Of a stretch of DNA of 64,000 nucleotides, positions 13,415 to 22,465 are shown in pieces. The notes beneath the pieces are model-generated. The model had not been told where the DNA came from, searched no databases, and was given only the letters and a program-made list of their open reading frames with translations. Origin of the DNA: Tricharina praecox (taxonomy: Eukaryota). The stretch's first letter is position 1. Every line of letters starts with the position of its first letter. The position numbers and the translations under genes are program-made. Where the stretch lies: positions 1,426,001 through 1,490,000 of the forward strand of contig NW_026250405.1 of assembly GCF_024521635.1 (NCBI RefSeq), given 5' to 3'.

Positions 13415-13907
13415 TGTGATAGGCGTGGGACGGGATTGAAGGTGGTTCTAACTTCTGCTTTCCGAGTGGGAGGGAGGAGAATGCACGAGCTGCTGTGGAC
13501 CTGTAGGCTGTGGTAAGAACAAACAAGAGGAGCAATAGGTTTGTTTATTGGGCTGATTATCAACCGGAACTGGGTTCTGTCTCGCCGTGTCGAGCTTAGG
13601 GTAGGCACTCTACTCTATTCTAGGTGTGTATATACATCAGAAGAGGGTGAAAGAAGAGACAATCAAACCCACAAGAACCGTCCAACCGTCCAACCGTCCA
13701 ACCGTCCCAGCTATTCCAGACCCAACCTATCATCTCACCACCGCAGGAGTAAATACAGTGCAAACAACACAGATCCCATTGGTATGTAGGAGGGAGCTGG
13801 GTGCTGCAGATCGATCACAACAATCTACACGCATGATGCGTCAAAAGCCACATGCTTTCTGAGTCGGAAGCCAGGCGAGTTGCGCGATGAACGGGGAAAG
13901 TATCACA
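13415..13907 (-). mobile_element. Candidate LTR upstream of the gag-like frame (boundaries uncertain)
   Basis: The minus strand begins TGTGATAC (13907) and ends CCTATCACA (13415), i.e. TG..CA with TGTGATA/TATCACA terminal inverted repeats. It contains AATAAAC. An alternative 5' end lies near 13734. No second LTR was found. Confidence 0.3.
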
Positions 13908-14071
13908 CTAGAAATGCGGTGGAAGAGGAGGTCGAGTCTGAGTAGAAAAGTAGTGCTTTTTTTTTACTGCCGATTATCCAAGTACATGCTGTAATCACTC
14001 CACATATGTTCTGCAATCTCTTCTCTCAAATCCTCCTTCTCCTCTTCGGTTATCTTCTTTTTATCATCCTC

Positions 14072-14122
14072 CCATGATCTAGATAGCTCGCATGCAATCA
14101 ATGAATGAACAAAACAAAAGAA
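14072..14122 (+). mobile_element. Short A-tailed retroposon-like insert, copy A
   Basis: 42/43 nt identical to 48732-48774. Together with the following CT-rich array it is bracketed by a 39-bp imperfect duplication (14035-14073 vs 14321-14359, 35/39). Confidence 0.6.
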
Positions 14123-14132
14123 CAAGATTAAT

Positions 14133-14330
14133 TTCTCCTTCTTCTCATTTCTCCTCCTCTTCCTCCTCCTCCTTCTTCTCCCCCTCCTCACTTCTCCTCC
14201 CCCTCCTCTTCCTTCTTCTCCCCCTCCTCACTTCTCCTCCCCCTCCTCCTCTTCCTTCTTCTCCCCCTCCTCACTTCTCCTCCCCCTCCTCCTCTTCCTT
14301 CTTCTCCCCCTCCTCATTTTCCTTCTTCTC
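14133..14330. repeat. CT-rich imperfect tandem array (units such as CTTCTCCCCCTCCTCA / CTCCTCTTC)
   Basis: Directly visible; it generates spurious E/K-rich and S/P-rich ORFs. Confidence 0.85.
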
Positions 14331-15755
14331 TTCGGTTCTCTTCTCTTTTTCATCCTCCCCTTCCCCACAGGGCTCATCATCTGTAGATAGTATGTGCCGG
14401 CGTATCTTGATGCCGTGCATATTTTTTGTTTGCGCAAGACTCGTGTATGGAGTTGTAGCAGATATCGAGTCGTCGGTTGGTGGAATGGGGAAGAGACGAA
14501 AGGTGGAACGGATCGCCAGATTTTCCGGACGAACCGCCACAACCAGCCATGTCGGCGGTTGCTGTTGTTCCTTCCGCCAGTACGGCACCTGCATCTGCGG
14601 TGGGAAGCGCAGCCTCGAACAAGACATGGTGGCTCCCTACAAACAACTGAAAGTAGCCTTGGCGAGAGTCACCAGTCCGTTCAAGACACGGCCAATGGTG
14701 CAACCAAAGCCCATGATGCAGGTGCCAAAGCCGCTTGGAGATTCATCGATCTGGGCGTAGCCCTTTTCCGCCCTGCGAGCCGCCTCCTGTGAACTCCGTC
14801 AGCATGATCATCAACCAATGTTGCGCGGGGGGGTAGCAGTGGACATACCCCAGTGGCCGATGCCCATGCTGGGAAGGTTTTCAAAGTCCCGGGGATCCAT
14901 CCTAGGTAGGTCAGCATAGCTTTCTGGTGCGGCTGGGTTCACAAGGTTAATGGGTCAGAGAGCTTACAGCAGACCACCCGTGGAGGGCACCTTCGAAGAG
15001 CTGTCGGACTCGTCTAAGTTGAGCGTTGGCATTGTCTTCTTGGATGGTAGATGCCGAAGACAGGAAGGATGGCGGGCTCCTCTAAATTGAGCGTTGGCAT
15101 TGTTGTTGTTGGGCGCGGGTACTGCCTCAAGGGGCATGTTGTGTGGGTGATATATGCCACGGAGGGATGGGAAAAAGGAAGGTGTAGGATGGATGAAGGA
15201 AGGGAGGTGGAGAGGAAGGGAGGGAGGTGGGAAGGTAGAGAAGTGGAGAGGGAAGGATGTGAGGGAGTGAGGGAGTAAGGGGATTTTGCGTGAGATGGAA
15301 GTAAGGTAGAGAAGTTGAGAGATAGAGAAGGAAGGATGGAAGGAAGGAAGGGAAGGGAAGGAAGTGAAGAAAGGGATTGAGGGAGAGAGCGAGCAAGGTG
15401 TGTGTTGTGCGTGGGGGTTGAAGCCGAAGCAAGTCACACGCAGCGGGGGCTACGATGTAAGGCGATTCCCTTTCACGTTCTGCCATTTCCAGTTGTGGAC
15501 GCATGGAGCAATGCCGAACAATCAAAACAAACCAAAACAAACAGCCAGCCCTCTGAGAGAAGCTCGGACGGACCACACTGCCGTGATGCACATGATGTCA
15601 GAATCCTAGCAGTTAAGATCCGCATACCATTGATATCGGCCGCTCAGGACACATTTGTACAGAGTGAGGAGATAGGCAGATTTATGGTAGGAGATGTGCA
15701 TTTCCCCGGCAGATCCACGAGATGGGTATGGTATGCGAGTTTTTCAACCAGTAGG

Positions 15756-15902
15756 AGAGAGAGATCTTCCTTTTTATTTCGCATGCAGCCGATCTAGACT
15801 ATGGCGAACCAACGCACTCCTTTTCCTGCCCGCCCTGGCCAGTCGAGGTGAAAGCCCCGGTACCGACCAGTTCGATGCGGCACCCCACTTCCCCTACCCA
15901 TC
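15756..15902 (-). mobile_element. Short A-tailed retroposon-like insert, copy B (147 nt, divergent)
   Basis: Flanked by the perfect 14-bp direct repeat TTTCAACCAGTAGG (15742-15755, 15903-15916). The minus strand ends CCATAGTCTAGATCGGCTGCATGCGAAATAAAAAGG. Confidence 0.55.
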
Positions 15903-16067
15903 TTTCAACCAGTAGGTAGACGGTGTTCGTTCGACCCGGAATATCATATGAAGGACAGCGAGAGAAATTCTGTGATGTGGATTCCACGCAACTAGCATCA
16001 ACTAATTTCCCCGGCAGCTCTACGAGATAGATATTTTATGCAAGTTTTTCAACAGTAGGCAGACGGT

Positions 16068-16122
16068 TTTTTTGTTTAATTGGTAATTGCATGCGACTTA
16101 TCTAGATCATGGTAATATCACC
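16068..16122 (-). mobile_element. Short A-tailed retroposon-like insert, copy C
   Basis: The minus strand reads GATATTACCATGATCTAGATAAGTCGCATGCAATT...AAACAAAAAA, closely matching copy D. Flanked by AGGCAGACGGT / AGGTAGACGGT (16057-16067, 16123-16133). Confidence 0.55.
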
Positions 16123-16287
16123 AGGTAGACGGTGGTTGACACGGAGTAGTTATCATGCGAAGATTATCGAGAGATATTCTATGAAGTAGATTCCACTCCC
16201 GCCAGATATTTCCCAACCGCAGGCCTTTCCCCTCCTCCTCCCCCTCCCCCTCCCCCCACACAAAACCCACACACACATAACCCCCCA

Positions 16288-16767
16288 TCACCGCTCAGCA
16301 TCCGGAACCCACCTCCTAGTATTCCCCCAATACCACCCTAGGACGGCGGTATCAAAAAGTACCTTCCCCACGAGCACCGCGGGCGCAAGCCGTCCCTTCA
16401 ACACGCCCCTAACCCCACGCTTCCACCCATTCACGGCCAAAAAAAGTGTTCCCCACGCCGCGCCCGTGCCCGCCGCATCAACGGTATAGCCCTGCTGGCA
16501 CATTCCTGCGCTGAGCAGGAACGCCGCCGAGAATAGCCCCAGGTGTACCGGGCGCGGGTAGTATGCGGCGTGCTGGGGGCGGCGGGAGGGGGGGAGGAGG
16601 GTGAGTGCTGGAGGGCGGGGGGGTTAGTAAGGTGCGAGGGGGGAGGAAGGAGGGGACAAACACAGTGCGCTCGTCGACAGCGCGGTCAACGGCGACTCGG
16701 CGAATACTCGCCCCGTCGTGTCGAGCCAGTGCGTTATGCGCTTGCGAGTGCTGGTGGGTGAGGCCAT
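16288..16767 (-). CDS. Small membrane protein, Aim19-like, ~141 aa, 2 exons
   Basis: Exons 16767-16662 and 16607-16288; intron GTTTGT..TACTAAC..CAG splices in frame. GLFSAAFLLSAGMCQQGYTVDAAGTGAAWGTLFL resembles the Aim19 family pattern. The gene is well supported, the family less so. Confidence 0.6.
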
Positions 16768-17365
16768 TGTGTGCGGGGTGTGCGTGGTTTGCGGGGCTCG
16801 TGGGGTTCGTGTGTGGTTCGTGGGTGGTTCGTGGGTGGTTCGTGGGCGGCGATGCGGGGAGGCACGAGGCGGCGTGGTGGTGGTGGGTTGACGTGAATTG
16901 ACCGTGAGTGGTGGGGTGCGGGATGACGTCATTTCGTTTTTGTCTCCGAGTGGCAGGGATGTGATGTGGCTCGGTACCCCGTAACTACCCCAGGAAGGGT
17001 GATGGATAATGACCGGGCGGATACATGGGCGGAGCGCGACGACGTGACGTGACGTTGCGATCTTGATCTCGCATGAATTTCCCCCCGACTTTCGACTTTC
17101 GGAACGGATCGTGGATGGCTCCGAAGTTCGAACTCAGCCGGCCAGCCAGACGAACAGACAGACAGACAGCCATGAGCTCCGGAATAAAGTAGGGTGCATG
17201 GCTCAGCACTCAGCACCCATCAGCACTCGCCAATGGCCGTGGGTTTCAAATCCAGCTCCAGCTCGCCGAGTCATACCGGTATTCCCCATACATACGGTAT
17301 GTAACCTGCCCTCCTACTAGGTATATGGAGATCAGCCTGCTCGGGCTCGGAACCCTACCTCTTCC

Positions 17366-17458
17366 CCACAGGGCCACGGGGCCACAGGGCCACGGGGCCA
17401 CAGGGCCACGGGGCCACAGGGCCACGGGGCCACAGGGCCATAGGGCCACAGGGCCACA
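17366..17458. repeat. 8-bp minisatellite CCACAGGG/CCACGGGG x ~11
   Basis: Directly visible, 30 bp left of the MITE. Confidence 0.9.
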
Positions 17459-17487
17459 GACAGCCACTAACCAAGCCCCCACATACC

Positions 17488-18031
17488 TATGGTTGGGGAC
17501 GCCTATACCCGATGGAAAAACACCCCCAACTTTGACACCTATCTCCTCCACCAAAAAGTTTTTTTTGAACAAAAACTCTCTATTAATCGATAGAGAATCG
17601 CATGGCCGTAATTTAAAAAACGTCCGATTAATTTTCAGATGCGTGGTTGTGGAGAAGAAGAATTTAGAAAATAAATCATTTTGTATGGAGGCCAACTCAA
17701 TGTCCCTCCCCTGTTGTCACCCAATTTACCCATGTTTGCACTGAATTTGCCCATTCTAGGTCCATGGACAGTCAATCGGGTAAGCCAAGAACCATTTTGG
17801 ACTGATATTTGGTCTATATAGACCTAAAATGGAATTAAAAATGCCTATTTTGCTAAAAAACATTTCTTAAAAATCGTTATTTATTACCAAATATCAGCCT
17901 ATAATGAAATTAAAATGCCTATTTTTGCTAAAAAAAAAATCCCAAAAATCGGTATTTATTACCCGTTTTGTAATTAATTCAATTTTTCCACGAATGTCCC
18001 ACCCCATCAGCTCTAGGAGTCCCCAACCATA
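17488..18031. mobile_element. Non-autonomous TIR element (MITE), ~540 bp, TA-flanked
   Basis: Inverted repeats 17488-17515 (TATGGTTGGGGACGCCTATACCCGATGG) and 18004-18031 match 24/28, with TA at both outer ends. The interior is AT-rich and non-coding with internal duplications (AAAATGCCTATTTT, AAAATCGNTATTTATTACC). Confidence 0.75.
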
Positions 18032-18525
18032 TATACCCTGAGCTCTACACATGTACCGCAGGCAGGTATCTCCACATCTCCATATCTCCGCGGTCTCGTG
18101 CTTCCGACATAACATCAATTTGGAGCTCCCCTTGATTTCCAGCTGCCCCCCCACCCGCCCCCGCACCCCTTCAATCAAAGCAAATCACCCGGCACGCCAA
18201 AAAAGCGGTCCGAACGTCGCTGAAAACACATCCCCGCCGCCTCCGAGAGCCTTGGCCTTCACATTAAATCCCCCATCGCCCCCAATCCCCCAAGCTTCAA
18301 GCTCCAAGCTCCAAATACTGATTAGTATAACAATCCACGTGAGATGCGATGAGTGAAGGATACATTGCAGAGTGCACTGGAATATGCATATTCACCCCCC
18401 TTCAACCCCCACCCTCGCTCCCACCAACTGCCCACGCCCAGACCCAGACCCTCGCCCTCGACCTCGATGACTTTGCAGCCCAGAGCCGTCCATACATGAG
18501 TCAAAAGATGTAAACTTCCAACTTC

Positions 18526-18637
18526 CATAGAGCATAGAGCATAGAGCATAGAGCATAGAGCATAGAGCATAGAGCATAGAGCATAGAGCATAGAGCATAG
18601 AGCATAGAGCATAGAGCATAGAGCATAGAGCATAGAG
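18526..18637. repeat. Perfect 7-bp tandem repeat (CATAGAG) x16
   Basis: Directly visible. Confidence 0.95.
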
Positions 18638-19403
18638 CAAAGTAAAGTAAAGTATGCTCCAGCTCCAGAGGTAGTTAAAGGTGAATGAAAAGTGTGAAGG
18701 AAAAGTGTGAAAAGGCCACAGAAAGGATGACGATGCCCCCTTCCCACCTAACACAAGCCCAACACAATCCAAGCCCAGCAAGCAAGCAAGCACAGTTCCA
18801 TACGCCTTGTCGCGCCTTTGATATGATGATATGAATGGAGGAAACGAAACAAAGAAAAAAAGAAAAAACATTTTGGAAAAGCCCCCAAGCCCCTCCCCGG
18901 CCCGATGCAAAGGAAACATTTAGGAAGAAAAAGAGAAAAAAAACACAAGACAAGACAAGACAAGACAAGAAAGATGGGATCCGGACGAACCTGAAGACCT
19001 CACACCTCCCTCCCTCCTCCAGAGATATATACATTGAAGGAAAAAGAAGAAAAAGAAACCCAATCCCATCTAGCAAGAACCCTCCGATTACAAAAAAAGC
19101 ATGATGCAAGTGTGGTTCCCAAAATGAAAGAAAGTCGCACTTTTTTTTCCTCTCACGAAACTTTTCCGAGTATCGTTGAAGCTTCGTTTAGTAAAAGTGA
19201 AAGAGAAAAAAAAAAAAGTCTAGAAAAGAAGAACCAAAACCAAGCAAGAAACCAGGTTTTGGATTTGGAATTTGGAATTTTTGACGGTGAAGTCGTGCCT
19301 TTGCAGTGAGACAAGTAATGCAGAAAGGTCTTCTGTCGATATCGTCCACATTGAACCTTGGAAAAAAGGTTCGAGCAAAACCAATTGCTCATCGCGGTGA
19401 TGG

Positions 19404-20520
19404 CTATTGGGCTTTTATGGCGGCCGGGCACATGATCGAGAGGGGGGTTTCGGATCCTTCCTCTTCGATTTCGTCCGGAAACGTTGTTGGTATCCAGTCG
19501 TGCTCCCAGGCCATGTCCAGACAAGCCTCGAGTCGGTATGCCTCGATCTTCTTAAGATCGTGGGGTCGACTCTTGGAACCGGCGAATTTTCGATACTCTT
19601 CCAGGGCGAGAGCGGGGGACCACGCCTGAAACCTGCGGAGACATCCAATGACCGTTCCGGTACGATGCTGCAGAGTTGATTTCATGTTAGCTTCTATCCG
19701 AGAGGGATGCGTATATTCCAACCGCATCGAGAACTTACTTTTCCCTTGTTGCAGTGAACCAGTATGGGATGATTCCTGCGGTTAAGAATGATCTGAAGAG
19801 CAGAGGTGATCTTCTCGTCGGGAACGGGCGTGATGCAATTCTCCTTGTTGCCGGGCATATCGATCTGATGGTGGGTGATGCCATTCTCCTTCAAGAATTC
19901 GACATTCGCTTCGGGATATTCATCGCCAACTAACGTCCTATACAGGCAATCCCGTCAGAGGAAAGCTCAGGACATCGCGTCGCCTCCAAAAAAGAAGAGC
20001 TTACAGGATAGTCTTCAGCCCCAACTTCTTCAGATACGGCAGGTTTTCGGGCTTTGGGAAGCTGCTCCGATAGACCATTCCGGTCACTAGGGCGAAATTG
20101 TCGGGAGGCATGTAGGAGCCCAAGCTGGAGACGCTCGACGAACTGACGGTGCGGAGCATCTTGAGGGGCGGGCGTAGCGCTGTTACAGCTGCGAGGGAAC
20201 CAATTGTCAGTTTCACCATCTCACGAAGCGGCCAGAGAGGGGAGAGAGAATGTATTACCTGTCACTTTCTCGAGAGAGCCAGCCTCATCTTCCTTCGGAG
20301 CAGAGCGTTTCGGGTGCGAGCCATCCATGGCAGCGGATTCCGAGCAGTTGAAGCTTGAAAACTGGTGCTGGTGGGGCGCAGTGAAGGGTCGTGGGACGGC
20401 CGGGGCAGCGATGGGGCGGTTCAACTGATCGTCATGGTGCTGGTGTTTGAATTCAGACGTGGATGTATTCGGACTGTAGGACTGCGTTCTCTGGATTCGG
20501 TCGAAGAGCCGCTGTGGCAT
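19404..20520 (-). CDS. SIW14: Siw14/OCA-family (PFA-DSP) cysteine phosphatase, putative inositol pyrophosphate phosphatase, 4 exons
   Basis: Exons 20520-20259, 20188-20005, 19937-19739 and 19667-19404. Motifs: [31 protein letters not shown] (CX5R) and [11 protein letters not shown]. Exact orthology within the OCA/SIW14 family is not certain. Confidence 0.85.
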
Positions 20521-22382
20521 CGGAGTTACCGCGGCGTGTAGTGGAAGGATGTATAGCTTAGGGTGAAAGACGTTTTTTCTGCTGGCTGGCTGTCGGATTG
20601 ACAGCTGCTATGCGACTTCCCGGGGGAAGTGTGTTTCCTTGCTGGGGGTCGGATTCTTTCTCTCTCTCTTGCTTTCTTTATTTTTCCTTTTCCGGTTTCC
20701 GTTTCTTTCTTTTTTTCTTTTTGAATTCTTGGTGTTGGGACGGAACAAAGGTGGGTGAACCGGAGGAGGGGGGTAACCAAGTGAGTAGTACTTAGGTCGG
20801 TAGGATGTATCTATCGATAACAGCAAAAGCGGGTGACGGGGGAGGTGAAGGCACGAAGAGTGAATCGGGACAGGGCGCGAAGTACGCGGGTGCCTCTAGA
20901 CACTGACGGAGGCAGTGTGCCAGGAGTGGTGGAGACAGTCGCGTGCGAGAGCAGGAGTAGTGGGTAGTATTGGATGTGTTGCGGGATGGGGGGGGGGGGG
21001 GGGAGAGAGTGGAATTATATGGGAGGAGAGGGTTATTAAGTATGAGTTCCCAAAGCGGCTAAGCAGCGAGTGGCATGCAGGGCAGGCTTAACTTTGCAGT
21101 GCGGGTGGGTGTGCGGGTGGGTTTCTGTTTCGAAAGTTGTCTCTGGAAGTTTGAGGCGAGACGGACAGAGAGAAGAGAGAGGGCGAGACACAGGCAAAGG
21201 CAAAGGAGTGGACGGGCTGCGAGTGGTGAGAGAGAGAGAGAGCAGCGGGACCAGTGGGGAGCGTACTTGGTTAGCGGGAAAGTATAGAGTAGAACAGAAG
21301 AGGTGGAGTAACTATCGTTGGCTTGGACTGAGAATGTCAGGCACGCCGCACAACACACCACAGAGGCGGATCATTCTCTTCGGGAGAAGCAGGAATGGAA
21401 ATCGCCTCCAACGTGACCGCCAGTGGCATGTCCATTGTCCAACGGTACGAGGCGCGGTCTGGTCCGCATGCACGGAGGACATACATACTCCATGCATAAT
21501 TCTAACTTACTTGCTTGGGTACTCACACGACGAAGGGGAGCCCACACTACATGCCGGGTACTTCACTTCCTAGTCACCCACCGGTATCCGCCCACAATCA
21601 AGGACGACGGGGACGACGGGGACGACGGGGACGACGGGGGGGGATGGGGCGACGGGAGGACGGTGGCGTATGTGCTCAGCGCGCTCAGAGGCAGACGACG
21701 CAGACCAACCAACGTCAGGTTTCCGGACGTAGTAGAGGTCAGTAACTATCGGTGGAGGTATCGGCGAAGGTATCATATATAGTCACCAGTATACTTCTAA
21801 TGCTGTCATACGGTGGTATCGGTCGAGGCAGAGAGAAGTTTTCGTGTGATCGACATGCGCCGAGGACCCCGCCAAGTTCTGGCCATGGTCGCGCCCGCCC
21901 GTTGTGACGTTGCAGATCAGCCGTCGGTGCTTTTAGAGAGGGGGGGAGGGGGCCTTGCTTTGCTTTGCGAAGGGAGAGACAACTCTATTTCGCTGGGCCA
22001 ATCATGACGCGCACCGCTGGCCGTAGATGCTTTTACATAGACTATCCATACACATTTACGTTCGCAGTCTCTCTCTGCGGGTCCGTCATGGTCAGAGTCT
22101 GAATGGTGCATCCAAGCACTTACTCCAGTTCACGACTCTTCTCTCGACACCATCCACTTTTTGTGTTTCTGTGTTTTCTAGAGGACGAGCCCCGATCACG
22201 TGGACGCGGACAAGGGGGGGGCTGGCCGGTTTGACCACTGACGAGATGGCAGGCTTTGGGCTCACTGCGCAGTGCGGTGTCGCGTGTGGCCGGCGGCCGA
22301 CCGCTCTGGGAAGATACATGCTTTTTTCGGTTAGACACATCTTCTCTGGAAAACGGAATGCTGGCAAAACGAGAAATAAGGG

Positions 22383-22465
22383 GAAAATGCAAATTGAATT
22401 ACAATTGATGTAAAAACAAAGGAGAAAATGCAAATTGAATTACAATTGATGTAAAAAAAAAGGAG
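22383..22465. repeat. 41-bp AT-rich tandem duplication
   Basis: GAAAATGCAAATTGAATTACAATTGATGTAAAAA(C/A)AAAGGAG occurs twice. Confidence 0.9.

Larger units (their letters stand above)
13964..14930 (-). mobile_element. Highly decayed possible PIF/Harbinger transposase remnant
   Basis: The C-terminal acidic tract plus LREEIAEHMWSDY resembles the end of Harbinger DDE nucleases. Upstream frames are fragmented and no intact DDE motif was seen. Confidence 0.3.
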
